Shown here piece after piece: positions 21,652 through 33,300 of a DNA stretch of 64,000 nucleotides (position 1 is the first letter of the stretch; each line of letters opens with the position of its first letter). A program made the position numbers and the translations under genes. The notes under the pieces are model-generated. The model was not told where the DNA came from and searched no databases. It saw only the letters and a list, made by a program, of their open reading frames with translations. Origin of the DNA: an uncultured Spirochaetota bacterium (lineage in GTDB: Bacteria > Spirochaetota > Spirochaetia > SZUA-6 > Fen-1364); assembly GCA_963845325.1 (NCBI GenBank), contig CAWJRT010000017.1, positions 25,204 to 89,203 of the forward strand, given 5' to 3'.

Positions 21652-24046
21652 TCACGATGACGCCTCAACCGCCCCGAACGCCGCCTCGAGGATGCTGTCC
21701 ACGTCGATGTGCATGGATCGATAGAGGTCCTGGCGGCTGCCGGACTGCCCGAAAGCCTCCACGCCGAGCGGCGTCAGCGGCTGGCCAAAAACGCTGCCCA
21801 GCCAGGCAAGCGCACCCGCTGCGCCGTCTATCACGGTCACGATCGGCGCCGCTCGCTGATGAGGGGTGATAAGTCGGCCCAGCAGCCGGCCGCCGCCGGC
21901 GCCATGGGTGCGCCAGTCCCGGTAGGCGCGCCGCGGGCTGCAGAGATGGATGAGGTTTGCGCCGATCCCTTCATGCTCCAGGAACTCGGCGGCCTCGATG
22001 GCTTCCGGAACCATCGCGCCGCACGAGACAAGATGGACCAGGGGTTCCTGGCGCGCTTCGCGCAGCAGGTAGCCTCCCTCCAGGAAGTCCCTGCACAGCG
22101 CCTCGCCGCCCCGCCGCGCGAGTGCAGGCGCCATGAGGGATTGGTCCACGGGCTTCGTGGACAGGCGCAGGTAGGTGCTGCGGCCGCTGCTTCGATTGCA
22201 GCACTGCCGAAGACCTTCCAGGAGAGCCCATTCCACTTCGGCGGCAAAGCATGGTTCGTAATAGTCGAGCGCCGGGCAGCTCCATCCCGAGGGAGGCAGT
22301 GACCGAAGACTGGTGCGCCCCACCTTCAGGGGAAAGGGAGACGCCGCTTGGCGTGCCGACAAAGATGAAACGCGAACCGCTGTATAATCCGAAGATCAGG
22401 GCATCCAGGCCCCGGCAGACGAACGGGTCGTAGAGTGTTCCGACGGGAAAGAGGAGCTGCCCGTTCATCTCGTGTGACAACCCCAGCTGCCCAAGGAGGG
22501 AGAAGAGGTTCATTTCCGATATGCCCAGCTCGATGTGCCGCCCTCCGGGGGAAGCTTTCCAATTCACCAGGCAGGGGCGGCCCTGCTCGAAGTCGGCAAC
22601 GTCATGAAGCGAAAACTGTCCCACCTTGTTGATCCAGCCGGCAAGACCCGTGGAGACGGAGACGTCGGGAGACGATGTGACGATCCTTTCCCCGATCCCC
22701 GGCATGTCAGCCAGGCGCAGGAGTGCCCTGCCAAAGGCCTCCTGCGTAGACGTCACGTTCATCGGCTGATCCGATGCGCCGGGAAGCTCGAGAGGGATGT
22801 CCACCGCCCTCACGGGAACAGCGCGGAGATGTCGGCGCGGTCCGTGAGCGGGAGCGGTCGAATCGGCGGGAAGGAGCCCGAGCCGCTCGGCAGAAAGGCG
22901 GCACCACCGCCCCTCCTCGCTTTCGGGATCAAAGCTCGCCCATGGGTCGTGGGGGTCCGCCTGGAGGCGCACGGCAAGAGACTCCATGCGGGACGGGCTG
23001 AGCAGCACCGAATGATTGAATGGATCCGCAGCGATGGGGAGCCTCCAACCCTTGATCGTATAGGCAAAAATGACTGTCGGCCGGCCCGTGTCCGCTTCGG
23101 CCTGCGCAAACGCGCGCAGGAGTGCACGAAGGTCATGGCCCCCGAGATTGCTGAGGAGCCACGGAAGCGCAGCATCCGGCTGCTCGGAGAGACAGAGGGC
23201 AATGTCGGTTCCCCCGGGTCTGTTCCGAAGTCTCCCTCGAATCTCGGAACCACTCATGCGGATCAGGCTCTGGTACTCCTCATTGCACATCTCGTCGATG
23301 CACACCCGCAGCGCCTGGCCACCCTCCCGCGCGAAGGCTGCTTCGAGGGCGGTGCCGTACTTCGACTCGATGACCTGCCAGCCGCTGTCGGCGAACAAGG
23401 CCTTCAGCTGGGCCGCCCGGACGCCCGGGACGACACGGTCCAGGCTCTGGCGGTTCAGATCGATGACCCACAGGGAATTGCCCAGCTGCTGAAGCGAGCC
23501 GTCGATGATCGCCTCCCAAACGTTGCCCTCGTCCAGCTCCGCGTCGCCGCTGACCGCGATGAATCTCTTCGACGTTGTGTCTCCGAAATGCGCCTGCGCA
23601 TATCTCTGGACCAGGGCCGCGAACGAAGGCGCGACTGCGCCCAGTCCCACGGACCCCGTGGAAAAGTCCACGGCGTCCCCGTCCTTCGTGCGGCTGGGAT
23701 ACGCCTGGAGTCCGCCGTACTCTCGCAGCGTCGTCAACCTCTGGCGAGGCAGCACACCCAGGAGGTACATTGCGGCGTGCATCACGGGCGAAGCGTGCGG
23801 CTTGACCGCGATCCTGTCAGCGGCGGTCATGGAACGGAAATACAGGGCAGTCAGGATGGACACGGCAGATGCGCACGACGCAGGATGTCCCCCGATCTTG
23901 GTCTTCTCCAGGTTCGGACGCCCATGATTTGCGTGGTCGATGATCTTCATGGAAAGCCACAGGAGGCGGTCCTGGATCTTTTCCAGGATGCGGACTTCCG
24001 GCTCGAGATCGGCCTCCGAGTGTGCGCGGGTCGCTGTCTGGGGCAT
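21652..24046 (-). CDS. Pyruvate dehydrogenase E1 (AceE)/transketolase-like ThDP enzyme (frameshift near 22270)
   Basis: KIGGHPAS, LQAYPSRTKD, FSTGSVGLG, ThDP motif GDAELDEG...N, HIELGISEMN, EGGAHQS, LGVEAFGQSG. Confidence 0.85.
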
Positions 24047-24224
24047 TCCGGCAAGGATAGAAGCCGCCGATCACCCCGTCAAGTCTGGACTGCTTTCAAC
24101 GCGTCTTTGACCGTGCGCCAACCCAGGCGTGGCCGCGGGGCCGAAGTCATCGGCGAAGGGGCCGTCGAAAACCGTCGGTTTCCCGCGCCCTTCGAGCTGG
24201 CCCGGAGTCCTTCGCCGCCCGCGC

Positions 24225-24587
24225 TCAGCCCTTTGGATTGTCCATATCGACGCTGAGCACCATCGCCCCGCCGTACACGAAGAGACCGCCGGTGTTGACG
24301 TCGATGCTTCCATGGAGCGTCTCGTTCTGGTTGATGCTGAAATCCGGCGTCGACTGGGTGGCCGGGTAGGTGCCGTTTCCCTGGACGTCAACGCCCACCT
24401 TCAGGTTCACGCCGGTGAGATCGATCTTGCCGAGGTTCCTGACGGTGTAGTCGACGCGCGTATACATCCCATTCGGGCTCATTGCGTCGATGCTCCAGGC
24501 CACGTTGATGGCCTGGTACAGCTCGCAGCCCGTCAGCGCGGCAACCACGATCAAAACAACGATTGAAAACCTCACCCTGTTCTTCAT
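24225..24587 (-). CDS. Small lipoprotein with a single Ig-like beta-sandwich
   Basis: Lipobox LTG-C after a hydrophobic stretch; VDYTVRNLGKIDLTGVNLKV resembles CARDB/Ig-like strands. Confidence 0.75.
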   Translation of the reverse strand: MKNRVRFSIVVLIVVAALTGCELYQAINVAWSIDAMSPNGMYTRVDYTVRNLGKIDLTGVNLKVGVDVQGNGTYPATQSTPDFSINQNETLHGSIDVNTGGLFVYGGAMVLSVDMDNPKG

Positions 24588-24659
24588 CCGTGTTGCTCTC
24601 CTGAAAGATGCAACACATTCCGCAGGGGAATTCGCACCACACTTTCGAGCCAGTTGAAT

Positions 24660-25735
24660 CTACCCCATGATCGCTGCCGCGCCGATGAACGCGCCATACC
24701 GGCGGGCTGCCGCCTGGATTGCGCGCAGGTCGCGTTCGTTCTGATGGGAAAAGAAGCGCGGCACAACGGTCACCGCATCCCTCCCCCGGGTCCGGGTCCA
24801 CGTTCCGACGATCCTGCCCTGGACCGCGATCGTCGGGCTGAGCAGGTTCCCAAGATGCCGCGCGTGGGCCGGATCCAGGGAAGCACCACGGTCTCGGTAG
24901 GCAACAAGAAGCTCGTCGAAGGGCGGAAGAAGCAGGGCAGCGGGCTTCAGCGGCGAGGTCAGGGGTGCGGCCAGGGGCCCCCAGAAGCTGCGACCGTCGA
25001 AAACATCATGACCGAGCATGCCCGCCGCCGCCTCAAGGCCCGACCCGGCCTCTTTGAGAGTCAGTCCGGTCCACCAGGCGAAATCCTTGACCGTGGCCGG
25101 TCCGTGACTTCGAAAATACCGGAGTGCAAGCTCCGCGAGGGCCTCGTCGCGGGCGCGCGGCTTTGCGGCACCAGCCCATTCGTCAAGGAGCACAAAGGTC
25201 TGTTGCTTTCCCACTCGGGGGCCGAAACACAGCACCCCGTCCTGCGCGAGGCGCTGCAGGATGTGGATGCCCCTCTGGCCTTCGGGTGTGATGCCAGAAG
25301 AACGGAGCAGCCGGTACGCCTGGTCGCGGGTCAGTTGTCCACCGCCGCGCAGCGCCTTTTCGAGCGCCTTCCCGGCTCGGAGGAATGCATTGGGCTCGAG
25401 CTCGAGCTGCCTGTAGCGGCCGGCGAGGCTCGCGATCACGCGCGGTGCAAGGAGATGGAGCATCCAGCGGGCGTCTTCAGCGGCAACGAAGTGGAGAGTG
25501 CCCCGCATAGGCCACGTTCGAAGGATCGAGGCATCCGCGAGGGCTTTCTCCACCGTCGACTCAAGGGCACCCGCGGAGCGCAGCCCCACGGCCCACAGCG
25601 CGCCACGGTAATCCTGGGCCTGGACGGCGCCGAGATGGAGCACGACGTCGCGGGGGGTGAGCAGCGCTTCGCCGCAGGCGTGCTGGTTGAAGAGGCGCTG
25701 CCGGGCAACGCCCTGAGCCCTACCTCCAGACAGCG
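24660..25735 (-). CDS. AlkZ/YcaQ-family (HTH_42) winged-helix DNA glycosylase
   Basis: VARQRLFNQ, catalytic-type VQAQD, RTWPMRGTLHFV, YFRSHGPATVKDFAWWTGL, LLPPFDELLVAY, GRIVGTW. Start codon uncertain. Confidence 0.85.
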
Positions 25736-26130
25736 AAAACCACCCCGAGGCCGGCAAACAGGACCAGCTCGTACAGGGTGAAAAGTGCCCACAGGCTCTT
25801 GGGCCGGCTCTCGAAGATGCTGTTGGTGAGCTGTGTCGCCGAGCCGACCCCGACCCAGATGATGGCGCCGGTGATGAGACCCCTCCACCACTCGGTAATG
25901 CCAAGGCTGCGGATGAGAACGGCCAGCACGTAGGATGCGACCAGGGAGCACACAAGGGTCAGCAGGTACATGCCGGGGGACGGCTGCATCTGTCCCCTCT
26001 TCCATCCCGTTTTTTCCATCATCGCCATCCAGGGCTTTCCGAACAGCGGCCCGTACCAGAGCGTGCCGACACCCATGAAGGCAAGGGCGCCGAGCACCCA
26101 GGCGATCCAGTTGATCTGACCGAACTGCAT
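25720..26130 (-). CDS. DUF1761-like four-helix membrane protein
   Basis: AGGAGG RBS; INWIAWVLGALAFMGVGTLWYGPLFGKPWM matches the family pattern. Confidence 0.8.
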   Translation of the reverse strand: MQFGQINWIAWVLGALAFMGVGTLWYGPLFGKPWMAMMEKTGWKRGQMQPSPGMYLLTLVCSLVASYVLAVLIRSLGITEWWRGLITGAIIWVGVGSATQLTNSIFESRPKSLWALFTLYELVLFAGLGVVFAVWR

Positions 26131-26239
26131 AGAGCCTCCTTCGATTGCCCCCAATGTACGGAGCCGCCGAACGCCGAACAAGTGAAATCGGGAGAACGCG
26201 GCACTTGCGGACGGCGGAGACCGTGCGTACATTGCAGCC

Positions 26240-27523
26240 ATGAGCCGCGCCCCGGTGGTGATGCTCGCAAGCGGGACCCGCGGAGATGTCCAGCCCTTTC
26301 TCGCCCTCGCCCTGGGCCTGCAGCGCGCCGCCATACCCGTGGTGATCGCGGCGGCACCACGGTTCCGGGCGCTCGTTGAAGCGAGGGATGTCGGCTTTTC
26401 TCCCCTGGAAGGCAACCCGAGCGACCTCATGGCCGGCGCGTCAGGTTCCATGGCCGCATCCGTCAGCGGCGGAGCAGCACGTGGAATGACTTCGACGTTT
26501 CGTTTCCTCCGCGAAGGCCAGCCCGAGTTCCGCCGCATGCTCGAGTCTGCCGCGGCCGCCTGCCGGCCGGCGCGCGCGTTGATTGCCGGCCTGTCCTCGA
26601 CATGGGGCATGTCGATAGCGGAAGCCCTGGGCATCCCCTGCGTCCTGGGCATGCTGCAGCCCTTCGGCCGCACCGGGGCTTTCCCATCGGCGCTGATGCC
26701 GTTTCGGTCTTCCGCGGGACGCCGGTACAACGCCCTGAGCTATCGGGTCATCGAGCAGGCGATGTGGCAACCGTGGCGGCGGACGACAAACGAGTGGCGG
26801 CGCTCCACCCTAGGGCTGCCGCGCCTTCCCGCGGGCGGCCCGTGGAGAGCTTTATATGCAGCAAGTTTTCTCTGCCTCTACGGATTCAGCCCTTCCGTTG
26901 TGCAGCCTCCCGCAGACTGGCCGGCTGCCCACATCGTCACCGGCTATTGGTTCCTCGAAGACTCTCTGGACTGGACGCCGCGGCGCGGCCTCGAGGACTT
27001 CATGTCCTCGGGAGACCCGCCGTTGTATGTCGGGTTCGGGAGCATGGTCACAGGGTTCGGAAGGAACATTTTCCGGGTTCTGCAGAGCGCACTCGAATTG
27101 AGCGGACTGCGCGCTGTCGTGTCTGCCGGTGGCCAGCCCGGCCTGCTCCTGCCTTCACAGGCTTCACGGAGGACGTTTTTCGTGGAGGATGCTTCCCATG
27201 AATGGCTCTTCCCGCGGGTGACTGCCGTCGTGCATCATGGCGGTGCCGGCACGACGGCGCAGGGCCTGCGTGCGGGTGTCCCGTCGGTCATCTTCCCACG
27301 GGCAGTGGACCAGTATTTCTGGGCCGAGCGTGTTGCCCTGCTCGGGGCAGGGCCGCGCCCCGTTGGCAGGCATGACTTCAACCCCCGCACTCTTGCACAC
27401 CTCTTTCATCTCGCGGCAACGGACAACGGAATGCGGGAGCGGGCAAGGCTCATCGGCCAGCGCATCCGGGCGGAAAACGGAGTTGAAAAAGCGGTTGAGG
27501 CGCTGCTTCCGATACTGGCCTGA
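26240..27523 (+). CDS. GT1 glycosyltransferase, sterol 3-beta-glucosyltransferase-like
   Basis: GTRGDVQPFLALALGL, PADWP...VTGYWF, YVGFGSM, HEWLFPRVTAVVHHGGAGTT, DQYFWA. Confidence 0.88.
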   Translation: MSRAPVVMLASGTRGDVQPFLALALGLQRAAIPVVIAAAPRFRALVEARDVGFSPLEGNPSDLMAGASGSMAASVSGGAARGMTSTFRFLREGQPEFRRMLESAAAACRPARALIAGLSSTWGMSIAEALGIPCVLGMLQPFGRTGAFPSALMPFRSSAGRRYNALSYRVIEQAMWQPWRRTTNEWRRSTLGLPRLPAGGPWRALYAASFLCLYGFSPSVVQPPADWPAAHIVTGYWFLEDSLDWTPRRGLEDFMSSGDPPLYVGFGSMVTGFGRNIFRVLQSALELSGLRAVVSAGGQPGLLLPSQASRRTFFVEDASHEWLFPRVTAVVHHGGAGTTAQGLRAGVPSVIFPRAVDQYFWAERVALLGAGPRPVGRHDFNPRTLAHLFHLAATDNGMRERARLIGQRIRAENGVEKAVEALLPILA

Positions 27524-27534
27524 TCCCCGGCAGC

Positions 27535-28728
27535 CTACACGCTGCCATTCCGCGGCTGCCCTTTCCAGGGCGCGAGGACCAGGGAAGCGGCCAGCGCGAA
27601 ACAACCGCCCATCCAGTACGGCGCAGGCGGGCCAAAGACCTGGTGCGCCGCACCGGCCAGGGCCGGTCCCGCAATCATGCACCCGCTCAGTACTGATTGC
27701 ACTCCCCCCATGACGCGTCCGACCCCGGCCTCTGGTGCGCCGTGCACCACGAGGCTCATCAAAGACGGGATTGCAAGGCCGGTGCCGACGGCAACTGCGC
27801 CAAGAGCAGGATAGAGCATCCAACCGACACGCGCAGCGGCCGCCAGCGGGAACGCGGCCAGAACCATCGCCGCACCCGCCAGGGCCAGCCGTGCTTCACC
27901 TGCCCGCGGCGCCATGCGGCCCACCAGAAGGCCCTGCGTGAGCACTGCGCACGTCCCGATGAACGCGAAGAACAGCCCGTTGCCGGACGGGGTCCAGCCG
28001 AACCGCGACTGGCTGAAGAGAGCAAAAGTCGACGGAAGTCCGGAGAAGGAAAGGTTGAGCGCCGCAAGTGTCAGAAGAAACGTTCTGAGCTGAGGGTGAC
28101 CGAAGATATCGACCAATCCGCGGACCGGATTGATGCGGATTGTCTGCCGGCCGACAACAGTCCTGTCCGGTTTGTGGAAATCACGGATGGCCGCCAGTCC
28201 GAACAGCGCGTTCCCCAGCGCGACGCCGCTTGCGGCAAACGCAGGTATCCGCAGCCCCCGGGCCCCGAGGAGTCCCCCCACCAGCGAGCCGGCAGCGACC
28301 CCCAGCCCGACCGCTGCTCCCGCAAGACCCATCCACCGGGTGCGATCGGATGGGCGCGCGCCGTCGGCGATGTATGCCTGAGCAGTGACATAGCTTCCTC
28401 CGATCAAGCCGCCGAAGGCCACGACGGCGAAAAGTGCGGCCAGTGACCCGGCAAAAGCAAGACCCAGGTAGGCGACAATGCTGCCGAGCAGGCAGACAAC
28501 GAGGACCAGCCGCCTGCCGTACCGGTCGGCAAGTGATCCGATGACGGGAGCGCTGAGCGCCTGCATGAGGGCGTAGACCGAGCCGAGAGCGCCGGCCACC
28601 AGGGCGCCTCCGGCGCTGCGCTGGACGTACAGCGGCAGCAACGGAACCACCATTCCAAAACCGGTCATGTCCAGGAAGATCGTAACGAGGATGAACGCCA
28701 GGTGGGGCCGGCGCATCTTCTGCTGCAC
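27535..28728 (-). CDS. MFS efflux transporter, TetA/DHA1-like
   Basis: IFLDMTGFGMVVPLLP, motif A GSLADRYGRR, AQAYIAD, about 12 TM helices; GGAG RBS before GTG 28728. Confidence 0.88.
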   Translation of the reverse strand: MQQKMRRPHLAFILVTIFLDMTGFGMVVPLLPLYVQRSAGGALVAGALGSVYALMQALSAPVIGSLADRYGRRLVLVVCLLGSIVAYLGLAFAGSLAALFAVVAFGGLIGGSYVTAQAYIADGARPSDRTRWMGLAGAAVGLGVAAGSLVGGLLGARGLRIPAFAASGVALGNALFGLAAIRDFHKPDRTVVGRQTIRINPVRGLVDIFGHPQLRTFLLTLAALNLSFSGLPSTFALFSQSRFGWTPSGNGLFFAFIGTCAVLTQGLLVGRMAPRAGEARLALAGAAMVLAAFPLAAAARVGWMLYPALGAVAVGTGLAIPSLMSLVVHGAPEAGVGRVMGGVQSVLSGCMIAGPALAGAAHQVFGPPAPYWMGGCFALAASLVLAPWKGQPRNGSV

Positions 28729-28799
28729 GTCAGGACTCCGCATCCTCCCCATAAGTACATCGTCTTGCACCTATTCGCAACCGCCGGCACAATCGTGTC

Positions 28800-29796
28800 G
28801 TGAAAACCGAAGGTGATCACTCGGGCACGAACACTGCCGCTGCGGTCCGGGCGTACTACGACAGCAACACTCCCCTTTTCCTATGGATGGGGATCGGGCG
28901 GCGGACCCTGGCCATTCGGCGTGCCGTCTGGGCAAGGGGAGTCAGGACCCTCGAGGAAGCCGTGAATTACGTGAACGGTCTCATTGCCTCCGAGGCACAG
29001 GTTGTCGCCGCCGCACAGAAGAAGGACTTTCTGCGCATTCTCGATATCGGGTGCGGAGTCGGAGGCAGTCTGTTGTTCCTGGCGAGCGTTCTCAAGACAG
29101 GGTTCCGTGGGGTCGGAATCACGATCAGCCCGCGGCAGTCCCGGATAGCGAGCCGGCAGGCCGCGATTCGGGGGCTTTCTGCCACGTGCTCGTTCCTTGC
29201 GGGGGACTTCACGCTTGTATCCGGGCTGCGCCCTTTTGATCTCTCGTTCGCCATCGAGTCGTTCGTTCATTTCACCTCGCCGGCTGCGTTCTTTGCACCT
29301 GCCGCCGGTCTGTCTCGAGCCGGGGGGACGGTTGCTCGTTGCAGACGATTTCCTGTCAAGGAAAAGGTTTTCCCGCCCGGAAGGAAGAATGGTCGAGGCG
29401 TTCCGTCATGGGTGGATCCTGTCCTCCCTCGGCACGGTCGAGCATGCCGTGCATGTCGCCGGGGCGTTCGGACTGCGGCTGGTCGAGGACCGGGAGCTCA
29501 GCGCGTTTTTGTCACAACTTCCCGTGGGCGCTCGCATGGGACGATGGGTGGTGAGGCTCATGCGCGCCATTCCCAGCCCGTGGCCGTACTGGCGAAGCTC
29601 GGTCGGCAGCCTTGCGCAGGCGGCCTGCAGGCGGGCGGGGCTGGTGGAATATCACTTTCTTGTGTTCGAGAAGAAACGAACAGGATCAGGCCCGGCCAAA
29701 CGCCCCCGTCCAGAGGATCAACCCGAAGACCACCGAGGCGATTCCGCCGAAGATGTAGTACAGCGTGTGCTGGGTGAACCGCCCGACGAAGAATGA
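28800..29796 (+). CDS. Class I SAM-dependent methyltransferase (frameshift near 29315)
   Basis: VRAYYD, motif I ILDIGCGVGG, GITISPRQ, FAIESFVH, LEPGGRLLVADDF. 3' end uncertain because it overlaps the convergent gene. Confidence 0.8.
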
Positions 29797-29898
29797 GCTC
29801 AGTCCGTTCAACAGAGAACGGGACTCGACTACCCCGACAATGATCAAGACCACGCCGGCAATGAACAGAAGTGCCCCCAGGACCCTGGAAATACTCAT
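29686..29898 (-). CDS. Small two-helix membrane protein, DUF3185-like
   Basis: GGAGG RBS; RVLGALLFIAGVVLIIVG...LSSFFVGRFTQHTLYYIFGGIASVVFGL. Confidence 0.7.
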   Translation of the reverse strand: MSISRVLGALLFIAGVVLIIVGVVESRSLLNGLSSFFVGRFTQHTLYYIFGGIASVVFGLILWTGAFGRA

Positions 29899-30022
29899 GG
29901 ATGGAATCCTCCCCTTCTGAATGACTGCGGTCTCAAACATCGCGGATTTTCCGGGCGGCTTCCGTTCGGTAGCGCACAGTATTCGTCATGCTGCGGCGTT
30001 ACCTTGTCCTGAGGAGACCAAT

Positions 30023-30307
30023 ATGAAAAAGATGCTTCTTTTTGCCGCATTCGTTCTGGCCGTTTCAGTTTCCGCATCATTCGGTACGGCGCAGATCGAG
30101 CTCATTCACCGCCCGTACGATCAGCACAGGGATCAACAGTGGCAGCAATCGCAGCAGAATCAGCAGAGGGAGGATCAGCGGCGGACGGATTGGCAGCGGG
30201 AACAATGGCAGCTGCAACAGCGTCAGCGCCATGACCGGCACCAGGAGCCACAGGACTATGACATGTGGCTGCTTCTGCATAGGCACGACTACGACAGCAG
30301 GCGCTGA
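30023..30307 (+). CDS. Small secreted Gln/Arg/Asp-rich protein
   Basis: GAGGAG RBS; signal peptide MKKMLLFAAFVLAVSVSASFG; low-complexity mature part. Confidence 0.7.
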   Translation: MKKMLLFAAFVLAVSVSASFGTAQIELIHRPYDQHRDQQWQQSQQNQQREDQRRTDWQREQWQLQQRQRHDRHQEPQDYDMWLLLHRHDYDSRR

Positions 30308-30365
30308 GCCGGACCCCGTCATGGCGGCATCGCTGCCATGACTGCAGGACGTCTCCTGACCGCTG

Positions 30366-33300
30366 TCAACCGCCAAGAAGCGGGCGTTTCCTCAGTAAGC
30401 GCGCGACATCAGCCGTCCTGCCCAGTTTCTTCCAGATCCGCAGAGCCTGTGCGTATTCACCCCGCCACTCCCATGCGCGGGCAACCATCGCCTGGTCGCC
30501 GGACGCTTGTGCGCACCGAAGCGCCCCGTCCTTGTCCCGGGCGTCCCGGTAGTACCTGACCGCGTCCTTCAAGGAGCCGCGCTTCTCCGCCCAGGAACCG
30601 GCAAGGCCCGGATCGTGGTTGATTCTGCAGTACATTTCCGCATCCTCTACGGCCCCATGGGCCATCAACAGGTCCACCGCTTCGCGGTAGCGCTGACTGC
30701 TGCGGCCGAGGATTGCCGCGGTGTCCCTTTGGAGGGGAAGCAGCGCAGCGGCTGCTTCAAAGCCCGCTCGCGGCGCCCTGAAAGTGCGCATGTCCCGGAA
30801 ATACGCGTGGCAGGCCATGAGCCGCAGGTCCCTGGATTCAGCGGACGCCTGCGCCAGCCGCTCACCGAACTCCAGGATCGGCCGGGTCGGTTCACCCCGG
30901 ATCTGAAGCTCGAAATCCAGGAAGTTCATTATGGCGGCAGATGCCCGCGCCTCAAGCAGAAGGGAAAAGCCCTCACTCGTTATCAGGTCGGCCGATGCGA
31001 ACCGCCCGTAGGCCCTTTCGAAGAAAGTTTCAACCTTCTCCGTGAGCTCATGGGCGGGCAATCCTGGTGCTGATACGGCCAGAAGGCAAAAGAGCGTCTC
31101 GTGAAGCTCCGACCAGGAATCGACACTCCGCCGGCGATTCACCAGGTGCTTTCCTGTGAGGCGGTCGTACGATTCGATTGAGAAAGGGAAGCCACCCTTA
31201 CGGGCATACCGGAGGGCCGCGGCGGTATCGGAAGAAAGCATCCAGTCAATTGCTTCTTCGTGCCATCCCAGCCGGCGCGAGATGTCGGCCACCTCTTCGA
31301 CCTTCCCGCACAGGCGGAATCGCGCCAGGGCGGCGACAAGGTTTCCCTGCTCCACCTGCCGCTCTGCCTCCCGGAGCAAGGCAGCCGCCTCCCGCTCCCC
31401 GTTGCCGTGCAGGCGGGCTGTATCCAGGTGGTGGAAAAGCAGGCGCTGGATCTCCGCCGCCCGGCGCGGCTCCCCCTCCTCCATGGAAGGTGACAGGCCC
31501 AACTCACGCGCGGCCTCCAGCCACTGCCCGGCGAGTTCGTGGCATCGTGCCAGACCCCCGTGGTCCCCCACGCGCTCGTAGCGTCGGGCGGCCGCTTCCG
31601 CTTCCCCGGCGCGGACGAACAGGGGCGCTGCTTCAGCGTCGCGCCCCAGCGCGGCGAGCCGGATGGCCGCCTTGAGCGCCGAGCGTTTCGTCTTTGCGGC
31701 CGGGATCTCTGATTCGAGTCGCTGCCGGGCCTCCGGGGATTCCAAAGCGGCAGCGGCAAATGACTGCACCGCCTTCTCCATGTCCCCCCGTCTCTCGAAA
31801 AGCAGCGCTGCTTCGCGATGGTTTCCCAGATGCCGCAGGCATCTCAGCAGCTTCTCCGTGCTTCCGCTGCGACGAAACAGGCGGGCAGCCTCTGCATGAG
31901 ATCCGACGCGCAGCCACAGGTCCCCGGCATGTTCGAGATCGCCGGCGCGCTCCCATTCAGCGGCGGCCTCGCGGCTCATGCGGGCCCGTTCGAAGAGCTC
32001 GGCGGATTTCGCATGCTCTCCGCTGGCCTGCGCCGACCGGGCAAGCCGGTCGAAAGCTCCCGCCCGCCGCCACAGCGAATCCGCCTTCGCGGTCTCACCC
32101 AGCGCTTCCCAGGCGAGCGCCGCCGCCTCCAGCTTGCCGCGTGACTCCGCGAGATGCGCGCCGCAGGTCTGCGCCCGCCGCAGGTCGCCGGCCGAAAGCC
32201 ACGAGCGCTCCGCGTGTTCCCAGGCGCCCGCGCGCTCCCAGCAGGCGGCGGCCAGCGCCGTTTCCCCTCGCTGCTCGTAGAGCGGCGCTGCTGCGGCATG
32301 GTCCCCCTCGGCCTCCAGCGCGTGGGCGGTGGCAAGCTGCAGCTTTGCCTCGGTGCCGGCGTTGCGATAACACTCCTGCGCCGCGTGCCCAGCGTTCCCG
32401 CTCGAAGAAATAGTCCCCTTCGGCCTCCCACTCGGCGGGGGAGGAAGCGGTCTTCCACAGCTCGGAGAGCCTGTCCAGGTCCGCGGTCCTGAAGACCAGC
32501 GGGGCAATGCCCGGCCGTGTCCCAGACAGGAGCCGTGCGCTCCCCATCCCAGGCCAGCAGTGTGCTCCGCGTGCGCGTCACTGCCACATACAGCAGCGCC
32601 AGCTCATAGCGCACGTGCGGCAGCCGCTCCTCATCGACCCCGTCTCCTGACGCAATGGCGCGCCAGACCGCTTCCGCGCCCCCGGCATCGGCAAATCGCC
32701 ACAGCAGCACGGTGTCGAACTCCAGCCCCTTTGCCTCGGCGATGGTGAAGACCAGCTCGGTTCCCAGACGCTTTCGCAGCCGCCGGGCCTCGTCGGCACG
32801 GCGGGTGAGAATGACCTGGCCCGCGCCCCGCTCGGCCAGCCTGGAGAGGAGCGCCTCCTCGCCCACGTCCTCGAGCACGACAGGAGGGCGGCCGCCGAAC
32901 TTCCACTCCTCGCGCATCTCGGTGTCCGCCAGTCCGACAAGCGAGGCCTTGAGATCCAGCAGCGCGTTGGCCAGGCGAACGATCGGGCCAACGCACCGGA
33001 AATTGAGGCTGAGCCGCCGGACCTCGGGAGCCGCGAGGCCCCGCTCCCTGAAGCGGTACTTCACTTCCTCCCATCGAAATCCCGTCGGGATTTATTATCT
33101 GCCGGGGATCCCCCGTCAGGACGACGGATCTCGGGTCAGCCGCAAGTCGAAACAACAGCGCTATCTGCACATCGGCGAGATCCTGTACTTCGTCACAGAC
33201 GACAAGGTCCCAGAGCGGTTCGATCGCGGACCCTTCCAGCCGCCGGAGAGCTGCCCGGGCAAGGTCGATCTCGTCCCATCGACCCGACCGCTCCAGGCGC

